The position numbers and the translations under genes are program-made. 64,000 nucleotides of DNA from Rhynchobatus australiae (Eukaryota), in contig JAUZTB010000071.1 in the NCBI GenBank assembly GCA_034780895.1, forward strand, positions 20,139,597-20,203,596. Reading direction: 5' to 3'. The stretch's first letter is position 1; each line of letters opens with the position of its first letter. Under the pieces are notes generated by a model that was given only the letters and a program-made list of their open reading frames with translations, was not told the DNA's origin and did not search any database. Shown here piece by piece: positions 11,595 to 23,939 of the stretch.

Positions 11595-13300
11595 GCAATA
11601 TCTTCAGAAAACAGAGCTACAACTTGTATATCCAAAATGAACAAGTGTTTTATTCACAAGACATTGTATTAGCATGTTGGGAATTGAAAGGTTTCATGCA
11701 AAATTAATAATCTGGGTTGCCTATGACACTGTTATAGTGTTTGAGTCATAGGAACAATATATGATTTAGCTCAATAAGTTCACAATATAAACACAAATAG
11801 ATAATATAGTGAAAATAACACTTTCCATGCATAAATAAACACAACACTGAGCTCCCCCCTTCTGAAGCAACAATGAAATATCTGAACAACAAGGAGTAAC
11901 ATGTGTTTAGAGTCTTCCTGATGTCTTTGGAAATGGTGTTATGCCCACTTTAAGGCTGGCTCTGGATTTTAACTCAAAGTTCTGCTGCAGTGTCAGACTT
12001 TGCTAAGATTTAATACTCCACTTCCTGAAGTTATCACTGGATCCAAATCCGGAAAAACTTCATGCTCAGGTGGTTCAACATCCTGATTTGATTCATCTCC
12101 AGCAGAGATCACTTAAATTACATTAACACTTTAGATTTGTCACCAATTTCAACCAAGTATTCCTTGGTTCCATGAACCCCTAAATTGGTTCCTACTTCCT
12201 AATTGTGTAAACTTAACTAGATAAATGGGAGAAGAAAACAAATTTCCTCAAACTTGGCTCTCACTCTGACTCTCTAGAGACACAGGATCTTTCCCCTTTC
12301 TTGATGTCCCTTCTGAAGTCACAAAGTAATTCCTCTAACTTTCCTTTTCTGGACCGTCTCCAAAGCTTCAGGTCTTCCATGATTCTTTTGAATTCGCCTT
12401 CCTGTACTTTAGCTACACTGCATTGGGCTGACATTGGTAAGTCCTTATCTGTTGCGACATCCCTCAGAGCACATTCAGTGCTTCTGAATTACCACCATCT
12501 TTCAATGACATCCTCTCTCAAAGTATTTCTGAATCTGTGCTAAGTTCAGACCATTTAGTAATTCTGTAAGGAACAAGAATCTTGTCGATGTAGAGCCAGA
12601 GTTCTAGAACTGAAATTTCAACTCTTGTATCAGTATTGTGTCCACCAGAGTCAATCGATATTACCTCACAGCACCTTGTGCTGAGCATTTTGCTTCTCAC
12701 TTTGTTTGTTGACTTTCAGTTATACAGTCAGAGTCATACAGGGTAGAAACAGGTGCTTCAGTCCACACCGACCCACACATACCCATCTACACTAATCCCA
12801 TCCCCCTTGTACTGACAACAGTCAGTGTTCTGAAACTCCTGTAAACCAGGTTTCTCATATTGTTTAAACTCACTATGAATTCTACCTATCATCTGAAAAA
12901 GTCACTGTTGAGGTGACAAACCCAACATTGGCTGCTCAAAATGAACTCTCTCAATAGCCATTGATTCAAAACAGTTTTCTATTTGGGATATCTTGCCCTG
13001 GTCTATTTCACTGGCCAGCAAGTTACTCTGCCCTGCAAGTCTGTTTCCCAATCTTGTGGTGGCCTCTGCAGGCATGTCAGTAATCACTGCCTTTTGCTCT
13101 CATATTCCAGCACAATGCAATTTCTGCTTCACTTATTGAAGAACAGAGAAATAAAGAGAATACTTCGGCAGCCCTTGCTAGTTAACAACTCAACAAACAG
13201 CACTATAATTCCTTGGTTCTGGAAGAAAGCTCGCAGTATTCCTTTATGTCTCTGAAATGACAGAAGTGTTTGGCTCCATTCTGTTTACAGTCAAGGCACA
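11595..13300 (-). mobile_element. Degenerate, internally deleted Gypsy element with PPT and 3' LTR
   Basis: Minus strand: gag-like NLLASE..ENCFESMAIERVHF (ORF 12902-13087), integrase C-terminal GVHGTKEYLVEIGDK (~12140-12185), KDIRKTL (~11910-11930), polypurine tract AGAAGGGGGGAG (11852-11863), then TGTTGTGT from 11846 and AATAAA at ~11650. Clear nucleotide similarity to 3737-3835. Confidence 0.75.
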
Positions 13301-14572
13301 ACANNNNNNNNNNAAATGATATGAAGTATATGACCCACTCATTGCAGTTCCATGTCTGGAGACATCAAATTCCCATTCACTGTCATTGCAGTTTCACCAC
13401 AACCTGTAAGAAGTAGCTTAAGCAAACAGTAAATGCTAAGTTTATTCAATGTGTTTCTGATATATCTTCATATTTTAAAACGTTCATATAAAGCTGTTGT
13501 AAAAATTGTTAAAGCAGATTCATATGTACCATAAGGTCAAGGGACTAAACTTGCTGATCAAAGTCAAAAAACATTGCTCACTGCAAAGAATGTGCTGAAA
13601 CAGAATTACGTTTAAAGTTTGCAGACCGTGAAAGCCAGGGTACTAATTTAGACTGTGGTGTTATGTTGGAAGCAGGCAGATGACCGGAGACAGAAAACCT
13701 ACATTAAATCTACCAGGAAACATAAATTAGGGGTGGAACAGCAATTGAGAGATAGAGAGGACAAAGGAGGGGTTGCGACATTCAAAGGAATATGTCGCTA
13801 AAACAACTGCAAGACAATTAGGGTGAGGGTCCCATTCAAAAAGTAGCTCAGTTTGTGTGAGAGAGAAGACACAGATGATAAGGAATATCTCAATCTGTAA
13901 AAGAAGAAACAGGACTAGTAATAAATAAAACATAAAATATATATTTGAAGTGACTGGAGATAAGATTGCTCAGGAGACTGTTAGTTACCATGTCAGATCA
14001 AAGTGAAAAATCATAGAAATGTATGGGACTGGAGAGAAAGAACAAACACGACCAGCAGGAGGAGAATCTGCAGTTTACAGAACACAGCAAGAGGAAAGGA
14101 GACCATACCAGAGACACAAAATAGTTGAGCCTCTGAGGGTCACTATCACCATTTCTGTGGGCTTGTTCACTGTTTGCATCTCAGAAACGTGCTACAAATT
14201 TGTAAGTACCATCTCCATCCAGCTGCTATTCTATATGCTCCCTTCATTATTAACTCCAGTGTGTCGAAAAGTTTCACCTCAATTCTCTCATTATCCAGTT
14301 CCCATGCTAAACAGCCCCACAGAGCCCAATCTGAAAAGACCTGGAAGTTTCAACCCTATGCCAGCATCTTTGGCCATATANNNNNNNNNNNNNNNNNNNN
14401 NNNNNNNNNNNNNNNNNNNNNNNNNNNNNNNNNNNNNNNNNNNNNNNNNNNNNNNNNNNNNNNNNNNNNNNNNNNNNNNNNNNNNNNNNNNNNNNNNNNN
14501 NNNNNNNNNNNNNNNNNNNNNNNNNNNNNNNNNNNNNNNNNNNNNNNNNNNNNNNNNNNNNNNNNNNNNNNN

Positions 14573-14992
14573 CTCACACATGACCTCGTCTGTGTTCAAT
14601 GTCCTCCCCTAGGACCCAATCTCATTGTTCATTGTCAGGAATACTCCCACTCATTCTGTATGTAGGACAGATGGCTGAGGCCTCTTGGAGCTCATCACTG
14701 TATCAGCTACATCTACTGTCTGCCAACATCACTACTCTACTGGAAACAAGGTGATGACCAAGGATTCACATTTCATAGGTTGCTAAGTAGAAGAATTGTG
14801 GCTGAGAAAACTGATCTGATCAGGTATATGCTGTCAAGGGTGATTTCCTATGACGAGAATAGAGCCTACATTTAACTCTGTACCTATGAAATATGAATCC
14901 TTGGTCGCCACCTTGTTTCCAGTAGAGCAGTGACATTGGCAGACTGGGTCCTAGGGGAGGACAATGAACACAGACAAGAGGTAATGTGTGAG
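14573..14992. repeat. Long imperfect inverted repeat (foldback / MITE-like)
   Basis: 14573-14620 plus 14718-14780 is the reverse complement, with scattered mismatches, of 14882-14992; spacer ~100 bp; the left end runs into a gap. Confidence 0.85.
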
Positions 14993-15894
14993 AAGGGTCA
15001 GGGGAATAAGAGACAGTGATTTCACAAGCAGCACAAAGCCACAGATGAAATTCCTGATGAGGACATGATGAAAACCTTGGAGATGTTTTATGAAGAAGCA
15101 TTATGTTAAACAGCCTTAGCTTTTATTATATATTTTTAACTTTTAAAATAGTAGAGATTGGACACATTATGCTTGTCTGATACTCCAAAACTTACCTAAT
15201 ATAACATCTATGCTGCTTACTTGTGCTCTTAATCCTGCAACCACTGATTACCTCATTTTGCTTTTTGAATAAAACATAGTCATTAATGAATCTTTGGAAG
15301 TTATGTAGCCTTAAGGTCACCATTAAGGAAACTGGACTTAATATTAATGAACTAGTGTTTAATTAAGCAATAAACTTGNNNNNNNNNNNNNNNNNNNNNN
15401 NNNNNNNNNNNNNNNNNNNNNNNNNNNNNNNNNNNNNNNNNNNNNNNNNNNNNNNNNNNNNNNNNNNNNNNNNNNNNNNNNNNNNNNNNNNNNNNNNNNN
15501 NNNNNNNNNNNNNNNNNNNNNNNNNNNNNNNNNNNNNNNNNNNNNNNNNNNNNNNNNNNNNNNNNNNNNNNNNNNNNNNNNNNNNNNNNNNNNNNNNNNN
15601 NNNNNNNNNNNNNNNNNNNNNNNNNNNNNNNNNNNNNNNNNNNNNNNNNNNNNNCGTGGACCCCAAGATCCCTCTGTTCCTCTGTTTCTATTTATGTAGC
15701 AGCATAATGGATCAAACTTTTCCTATTCAGTTCTGTTTCACAGATTCCTTTAAGTGTGTCACATTCCCTGTCATTCTTATTACATCTTCAATCCCTTTCT
15801 CATTCACTCCCATTAAACTGAATCACAACAGACCAAACACTGTTGGCAAGTACATTCCAAATAGATCTATTTATTTTCTAAGTTAAAATAATGT

Positions 15895-16100
15895 TTGCTT
15901 ATTATTATTGTCACATGTACCATGATGCAGTGAAAAACTGTTGTTTGCATGCCATCCAGGAAGATCATGCCATACATAAGTACATCAAGATAGTATAAAA
16001 GAAAATGGAATGCAGAGTATGGTGTAGCAGCTACAGAGAAAGTGCAGTGCAGGTTAACAAAAAGTGCAAGGGCAATGACAAGGTAGATTGGGAGGTCAAG
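15895..16100 (-). mobile_element. Rex1/Babar-type LINE 3' end
   Basis: ttattattgtcacatgtac..cagtgaaaaact..cagctacagagaaagtgcagtgcagg, same family as 36828-37012; clade assigned by recall and by analogy with the coding fragment at 21.4 kb. Confidence 0.65.
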
Positions 16101-16254
16101 AATTCAGCTCAATAAATTGAAATGGTTGGAGATTTTTAGATTTATATAAAACATGGATGTTATCTCTATTCTTGAAATTACATTTGTGTGAAACACTGAA
16201 ATTATCGCATATTCTAGCAAGAGAAAACACACCACAGTAAAGTATCAAGCTCAA

Positions 16255-17295
16255 TGCTGGAAAGTGGGCATTGCTGGCAAAGCCAGCATTGATCATTCAA
16301 GACTAACTGTCCTTGAGCAGGTGCTAGTCAGCTGCTCTTTGAACCATTTAAGTTTATACAATGATAGTGCTCTCACAGTGCTGTTAAGTAAGTTTGCAGA
16401 CTTTCAACCTCACAATTACGATAGAATACTAATCTATTTCTAAATTGGAATTGAGGGTGCCTTAAAAAAGAATTAAGAGATTGTAGCATTTCCACATACT
16501 TGTTGCCATGGTTCTTCTAGGCAATTGAGGTTGCAAGTTTGTAAATTGAAGCTGCAAAATCTTTGGTGAATTGTAGAATTACCTTATGTAGATGGCATGA
16601 AGGGTGTCAGTGTGATGATAGGAAATGCTTAAGATGATAGATGGAGCAAAAATTAAGTGAGTAGCTTTGTCTTGGATTACGCTTAAGTTCCTGATTGTTA
16701 TTGGAAGCACACTCTGAGGAAATTGGAGGATCTTCTCTTACATGTGCATCATAATATGAATCTATGAAAACAGTATATGAGTCACTGGTTGCCAGATACC
16801 CGAACTTTGACCTTCCATTATAGTCACAGCATTTATCTGACTCGTCAAGTGAAATGTTCAATGATGTCTCTTGGGATGTTGATGATGGTAAGGCCATTGA
16901 TAGCCAAAAGGCAAATAATTAGATTTTCCCCTCCAAGACATTTATTTCCTGAACTGTATTCCATGAATATAACATCCCTTAAATATATGGTCCAGGTGCC
17001 GCTGCAGTGGGATACACAGCATCATTATCTGAGGAGTTGTTTCTGGAAACAAACACTTTGCAATTATCATTAAGTACCCAACTTCTGATGCTATGATGGA
17101 TGGAAGTTGTCGAAGATAGTTGGGTTTAGGTCACTGCCCTGGAAAGCTCCTGCAGCAATATTGCTGGAGTGCTTCCTAATGACCAGCAACCACCTGCCTT
17201 TGCGCTAGGTAGGACTCCAGCCAGTGGAGCTTCCCCAGTTTCTGTCAGCTTCAATTTTATTGGTGCTATGCTTGGTTAAATGCTGCCTTGATAAA
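16255..17295 (-). mobile_element. Old CR1-group LINE, decayed
   Basis: Begins gtgggcattgctggcaaagccagcatt..ccttgagcaggtg, which I recognise as the reverse-complement 3' end of an abundant chondrichthyan LINE; no intact ORF. Confidence 0.6.
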
Positions 17296-18334
17296 ATGTA
17301 TTTCATTTCCATTAGCTGTTCCTCAAATTTGAATACTAATACATAATAACTTTACTTCAGTTCCACTTGGACACTCAGCCCTGTCAGGCAAAATTCTCCA
17401 GTTAAGAAGACATTCCTATAAGGTTTAATTTTTGATCATGGTGATTAAAATTAATAAAATTTTCACCCATAGAATACCAACTTTCATTTTATAATGCTGC
17501 TAGCTACTTGAAGGCTGGTGTGCCTGAAGGTAGGTCATTGCCAGCGGTTGAGGGAGAACTAACTATGCACTGCACTATATAGAGCTTTGCCAATAAGCTG
17601 GGTGCTAGTCTAGAAGAAACAGCAGGTGCCCTGTGAGTGACTGGCGAGCTGCCCTTCAGTATAGCGAGCCCATTGCATCAGTCATATTTTATTGCATTCT
17701 TTCTTTGGTTCCATTATACCTCATCCCCTTGGATTGTTTAGTAACAAGCATGGTGCATTCACTGGCAAGGGTCTTGCCTTGTGTTATGTACATCATAGTT
17801 ATAAAATGGGATTAGTGTAAATGGCTCCCTGCAAACTTTATGGGTTGAAAGCCTGTTTCTGTGCTGTGAATTTTTGATATATTCAGTATTATTATTCTAT
17901 GGAAGTTTGCCTTAAGTTTGTTTTTCTTGTGATTAATGATTGAATGGATGACTAAATTGGCTTTTGGGAAAAATTATAAATTGGTTACGTTTATCTGCAG
18001 TTGCAATAAATTTGGAATGTCGCATTTCATGGCAAATTAATTTTGTGTTGATCACAACTCAGCTGTGTGTAATGAGCATTCCAAATAACACAGAAGGCAG
18101 AGACAGGCTTTGAGAAAAAAAAATGCTGTCCATTTCTATCTTAGTTGCTAATGCCTTGGTGCTTACATTCTATTCCAATGAATTAACATTGATAGTATCA
18201 CATTGATTCAGCATCTTGGTGCTCCAACAGCCTGATCCATTCAGTGACTAAACATTGTTGAATCTACAGATGAGTCTATCAGATTAATATGGTAGTGGGC
18301 TTAGTCCATAGAGGATGGGACGCCAGATTCAAGA

Positions 18335-18512
18335 CATAAAAACCAGAACTAAACACCTGAAATACTTGGGATGGTCAACAGGCAGGTTAGCATCCACAGA
18401 GAGGGAAACAGTGTTAATATTTCAGGCTGATGATCCCTTTGATGCTACCTGATAAGCCTGAATGCACCCAGCATTTTCTGTTTTTATTTCATTTCCAGCA
18501 TTTGCAGTTTTT
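18335..18512. mobile_element. Older Penelope-derived hairpin element
   Basis: Left arm (..caggcaggttagcatccacagagagggaaacagtgttaatatttcagg) and right arm (gatgctacctga..cagcattttctgtttttatttcatttccagcatttgcag) are decayed inverted copies of the PLE terminal arm. Confidence 0.6.
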
Positions 18513-18954
18513 TTAAATCTAAAGGCAAGGCCACTGGGAATTAGGATGATCTCTAGGTGGTAGAGGACAAAATAAATAAATATTTAACGATTATTTTGTN
18601 NNNNNNNNNNNNNNNNNNNNNNNNNNNNNNNNNNNNNNNNNNNNNNNNNNNNNNNNNNNNNNNNNNNNNNNNNNNNNNNNNNNNNNNNNNNNNNNNNNNN
18701 NNNNNNNNNNNNNNNNNNNNNNNNNNNNNNNNNNNNNNNNNNNNNNNNNNNNNNNNNNNNNNNNNNNNNNNNNNNNNNNNNNNNNNNNNNNNNNNNNNNN
18801 NNNNNNNNNNNNNNNNNNNNNNNNNNNNNNNNNNNNNNNNNNNNNNNNNNNNNNNNNNNNNNNNNNNNNNNNNNNNNNNNNNNNNNNNNNNNNNNNNNNN
18901 NNNNNNNNNNNNNNNNNNNNNNNNNNNNNNNNNNNNNNNNNNNNNNNNNNNNNN

Positions 18955-19390
18955 TCTGGTAATGAAACTGGAGCACCTGATGGAACCAGGTAGAGAGGAG
19001 GAAGGGGAGATGAACCAAGGAAGAAGACGACAGGTGACCATCACAGCCAAATGGCATGAACATTGAATATCCCGTTTTCAGGTAATCCACATGCCTGGTG
19101 TTCTCCTCTCACACACGCTTATCTAGTTCTCTTCTCCTTTGTTCGTCCCTCCCATCCCCTCTCCATCTGGTTCCATCTGCCCATCATTTCATCACCCCCC
19201 CCCCCACCAGTTCCATCTATCACCTACCAGTCTCTATCCCTCCCCCCTTTGTGCTGCTATGTACTAGCAATCTTTCCTCTTCCCGCTCAGTCCTGATTGC
19301 AGGGTCTCGACCCGAAACATCGATTTACACCTTTAGTCTGCACAGATGCTGCTTGACCTGCTCAGTTCCTCAAGCATTCTGTTTTTTGTA
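18955..19390 (+). mobile_element. Penelope-like element 3' end: last codons of the ORF, pLTR with hammerhead relic, preceded by an inverted pLTR piece
   Basis: SQPNGMNIEYPVFR* (19041-19085) matches the PLE ORF end; a pyrimidine-rich tract follows, then cagtcCTGATTGCAgggtctcgacccGAAACatc. 18975-19020 resembles the reverse complement of ~19150-19180. Confidence 0.8.
19288..19325 (+). ncRNA. Minimal type-I hammerhead ribozyme relic (PLE-associated, probably inactive)
   Basis: CAGUC-CUGA(UUGCA)-GGGU CUCG ACCC-GAAAC-AUC-GAUU: core boxes, stem II and helix I arms are recognisable, but the core deviates from CUGANGA and the expected GUC site reads AUC. Confidence 0.55.
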
Positions 19391-20739
19391 GTACTTCTCT
19401 CTGTATGGCAATCATCTGTAAGCAGTGGTGTGTAGTCATAAACTGAAGTTAGATGTTCTGGCTAATATTTCATTGTGTGGTTATTCTTAGAGTTCTTCCC
19501 TTATTTATGAGATGATAACCAGGCCTTTTATAAATCACCAGCAAACGGCAGCATGATGAAGTACAGTTTAGAACTGGATCAAACTATCTGAGTTAATTAA
19601 TGGCCTAACAAATGCATCATTACACAATTCAACTGAAAACCATGTTGAATCCTTACCAACTGCAGAGTGGCCAACAATGATAATGTTGCTGAAAATTTAG
19701 TCAAGATCAATGGGTCCAGGCTGCCTTTACAACTGGAAANNNNNNNNNNNNNNNNNNNNNNNNNNNNNNNNNNNNNNNNNNNNNNNNNNAACAATATTTT
19801 GATATTTCCACACAGTAAGCATAATTATTTACTGTCTGCTAACTAAACACTATGTGGTTGTAGTTCTTATGCATTCTCCTGAGCAGAAATAATACAGTGC
19901 ATAGTGTATAGAGTTCACTCATGTTAGGGAGCAGCAGCAGAAGATTAACTTCCATCATGCACTGTTTTATGGAAATGAAACATGGCATATCATAAGAGTT
20001 TTCTGAATGGTTTTACTTGTGGGTAAATAGCTATGTTATATTAATGGCAATTAAAAGTGAAGACACCTGACACCCATTTAATGAGCTCAGCCAAAAGTGT
20101 CTGGATGCATTTCAAACTGACCTTCAGCATCAGTGAAGCTGTTTGACAAATGCTTGTAGAGCCACTTCGGCTAAGCGAATGTAGTTTGCAAATAGTACTT
20201 TGGGATGTATGATCCACGACTCCTAATAATTGATTCTGAACTAGGATGACAACAATGTCTTAATCAATCTTGGAAATATAAAAGAGAGCTGATTAAGTCT
20301 TGCAAAGTGGCTGATATTATTTGGCACAACATGGTGAAATTACATTTTAAAAATCTCAGTCAAAACTTCTGGCACATATTCAGCTGCTGTTCGTCTAAAA
20401 TGTAATCTTTCTCCTATACACATGCACTGTGTGCCTATCAAAAGACATCAACGTGAAGCCAAGAAAAACAATTTATGCTCAAAGACTAGAGGCTTGTTGC
20501 CAGATTTAATGTTTCGTGGTTCTGTAATAAGCCATTTAAATTATTTTCCTGATCAATCTCCATTCACTTTCTCCCAATTACAACTTGCCCGCACTTAAGT
20601 GATGGTGGCAATTTTAACTTAACCAGACCCTGAGAAATTCATAGCATCAGATGTAACCCTTGATTTATACTGTGCCAACTTTGCTTCCCAATACACGATG
20701 ATATTTTGTGAAATGTAAACCTGGTATTCTAGCCAATTA

Positions 20740-21023
20740 CAGTAAAACTTTAATAGTCCGCTGTCTGACATTTCAGAAATCCCAATGTTTTGACATCTGG
20801 CTCACCAGGTGATGTTTGCCACACTCCCTTCCTACTCACTGGGACCCTGGTTCCTGGGCTCTCTGGTTTTGCTAGAAGGTTTATTATAATACAATGTAAC
20901 ACTTTAAAAAATGAACTGGAAGTGTGTTGGGTTATTAATAGAAATAACATCCAATAAGTCTGAAAAATCTGCCAGTCTGATATCAACTCAATCTCAAGTG
21001 TGTCAGATTATTGGAATCTTCTG
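20740..21023. mobile_element. Tc1/mariner (Tigger/pogo-like) MITE
   Basis: TA|CAGTAAAACT.. left end and a decayed inverted right end; aligns in reverse orientation along its length with 58127-58434. Confidence 0.65.
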
Positions 21024-21251
21024 CACAGGGGATTAAAATTACTGTAATGTTTTGTTAGAACCAATATTAAAATTTACTTAAGTTTTGTGTGCTAATTTTC
21101 AAGTAGCCAACTGAAAATGAAAGGAATTAAATTATGAAACTGAGAGAAAGGCAGCCAATGTTTTTGAAAAAATGATCCTTTTTCACATGCATAATAAGCC
21201 ACTTGGTCAGTAAAAATTGGGAGAATGGTTATTCATCCACCAGCAGTGTCT

Positions 21252-21470
21252 CAGAATCAGATTTATTACCACTGACATATGACATGAAAGTTGTTGTTTA
21301 TTTTTATGCAAAAGCATAAAAATCTATAAATTACAAATAGTGCAAGAAGAAAAAAAAACAATAATGAGGTAGTGTTCATGGTTTCAGGGATCATTCAGCG
21401 CATTGGAGCCTTCATACCAGGCAGTGATGCAACCAGTCAGAATGCTCTCCACTGTACATCTATAGAAACC
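21252..21470 (-). mobile_element. Rex1/Babar LINE 3' fragment
   Basis: Minus strand of ~21400-21469 encodes FYRCTVESILTGCITAWYEGSNA, a typical Rex1 ORF C-terminal motif; ends AATAAATCTGATTCTG. Confidence 0.85.
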
Positions 21471-21689
21471 TTTTCAGTAGTAGTTTAACATCAAATTTGA
21501 ACAATCTGTTTCACTAGCCAGGGGACATTGGGATTGCCACAATGCTGTAGTGGACAATGATTTGTCACCATAACAATGACATACAATCCTGGTGGATAGA
21601 GGAGCCACTGCATCAGAGGTTGATAGATCAGCAACCAAAGTCAACTTGGCCAGAAAACAGTAAAGGCAATTAAAGAATAGAACTTAAAC

Positions 21690-21846
21690 ATGTGAACAAA
21701 CATACACATCAGGAGCAGGAATAGCTCATTCAACCTCTCCCAGCCTGCTCCACCATTTAACAAGGTCACAACTGACCTGACTGTAACCTCAATCCCAATT
21801 TCCCATCCACCTACAGTAATGTTTACCCCCTTGCTTATCAAGTACC
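21690..21846 (-). mobile_element. CR1 LINE 3' end
   Basis: aggagcaggaatagctcattcaacctctcccagcctgctccaccatttaacaag, same tail as 33890-33970. Confidence 0.75.
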
Positions 21847-22374
21847 NNNNNNNNNNNNNNNNNNNNNNNNNNNNNNNNNNNNNNNNNNNNNNNNNNNNNN
21901 NNNNNNNNNNNNNNNNNNNNNNNNNNNNNNNNNNNNNNNNNNNNNNNNNNNNNNNNNNNNNNNNNNNNNNNNNNNNNNNNNNNNNNNNNNNNNNNNNNNN
22001 NNNNNNNNNNNNNNNNNNNNNNNNNNNNNNNNNNNNNNNNNNNNNNNNNNNNNNNNNNNNNNNNNNNNNNNNNNNNNNNNNNNNNNNNNNNNNNNNNNNN
22101 NNNNNNNNNNNNNNNNNNNNNNNNNNNNNNNNNNNNNNNNNNNNNNNNNNNNNNNNNNNNNNNNNGAGAGTGAAGGATAGTTACACAGGCACAAAATCAT
22201 TCTCAGTCATCTACAGCAATGTGCCTATCAAACTTGACTCACAATGTAATCAGTCCCCACTCTCTGGGAATAGCATCACCAAATGCAGCCAAGTGAGTAA
22301 CATAATTGGCCAGACTTGTAGCACCTTTACGTATAATGCCTTTCGTGCTTTCAGGATGTCCTGAGAGCTTTATA

Positions 22375-22708
22375 TTTTAAAGTGTAGTCATAATATAGGG
22401 AGTGCAATAGAAAATTTGTGGACAGCCAACCCCCACAAACTGTAGTATGATGATTAACAGATAATATATTTCAGTGTCATTGACTGAAGGATAAGTATTG
22501 GCCAGAAATCAAGGGATAACTCTATGGCAAAAGAATGTAATTAGATTTTTTTTTAACCTGCTCATTTGATAGGTCCTTGATTTGAAGTATCATCCATAAG
22601 GTGCTCTCTCAATTTTGTATTGTAGTGTCATTTAGATTTTAAAAATCTGGAGTGGGGTTTTAATCCATAATCTGATTCAGAGGCAAGAGTGTTACCCACT
22701 GAGCCACC
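22375..22708 (-). mobile_element. Deu-domain (SacSINE1-like) SINE, near full length
   Basis: Minus strand starts TGGCTCAGTGGGTAACACTCTTGCCTCTGAATCAGA..CCCACTCCAGA (tRNA-like head), followed by the Deu-like body. Confidence 0.7.
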
Positions 22709-23939
22709 TGGTATACATCCTGAGGTGGTTTATTATCTTCAACACATTATAATGATGCAGTTTGCTGTTGTTATGGCTACATTCATCATTCTTCCCTTCA
22801 AAATATTTTACCCTGCCAATAAGTGGAGGTGAGAGCTGGTAGCAAGACATATGGGTCATTGTTGAATGGCGAGACCATCGGCAGATTTCCTTAACATAGG
22901 ACTTCTAAAGATTATGAATGAAAAGCAGAAGAAATAAGAATGAATCAGGAACAAGAAGAGAAATAATGAGAGAGAAAGAAAGGATCAAATGAAAAAGGGA
23001 AAAGGTGCCTGCAAGAAAAATTAATTTACCCTCAAAATGAATGAGACTTCACTGTCTAAACTTACTGCTTCCTGGATAGAAGTTTAGAGACATTACAGAA
23101 ACATAAATCTCATCAGGAGAAATTCTTAAATAAGCCCTAGCTTTCTATGGCAAATTTAATTGGCAATCANNNNNNNNNNNNNNNNNNNNNNNNNNNNNNN
23201 NNNNNNNNNNNNNNNNNNNNNNNNNNNNNNNNNNNNNNNNNNNNNNNNNNNNNNNNNNNNNNNNNNNNNATTTAATTGGCAATCAGAGTGCAGCAACTTC
23301 ATAAAGGCCGCAGGAAGATTCAGAGCGAACTTCCATATTAGCGAGGCTAACAGCAGAGTGCCACAAATCGTCCTGGAACTTACAATGATTTGCATCTATG
23401 TATACATGAATATTGCCAAAGTTTACTGACCAGTATTTAACCAACAAGATCTGTGTCCCTATCATTCCATGCAGCAATAACAGCCAGACAGCATGTAACA
23501 GAAAAAAAATTGGAATCTGTACTGCCATTGAACCAAAGTCCCATCAAATAAACATAAAAGATGACTTTGATACAGGACACTAAATTTTCCATAAAACCAG
23601 TGGAGGTCATACAGAAAGAATAAAAAGAGGGAGTAGGCAATGATGTTTAATAGGAGGAGCATACTGGAGGCTGCATCCGAATTGTTGAGGGGGGTAATTG
23701 TCTCTCCCACTAAGTGCCTCGGTCCCAGAGCCCAGCTGATGACAGACCCACTGGACTTTGGGTCTTTGGGGCCCACTAGATCTTGGACCTCAAGTCCTTG
23801 GAGCCATTTGATGGTGCTAGCAGTTCATCCGGTTGGGCTGTGGGCCCACCTGATATGGGGCCTGGGTCCCACTTGAATTCAGGTTCACACCAGCTCCAAA
23901 TCCAGGTCCATACCCAGCTCTAAACTCAGGGACAGAAAA

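Noticed and set aside
13720-14140. Possible third Gypsy integrase tail (ERRPYQRHK)
   Set aside because: Only one vague motif in purine-rich sequence.
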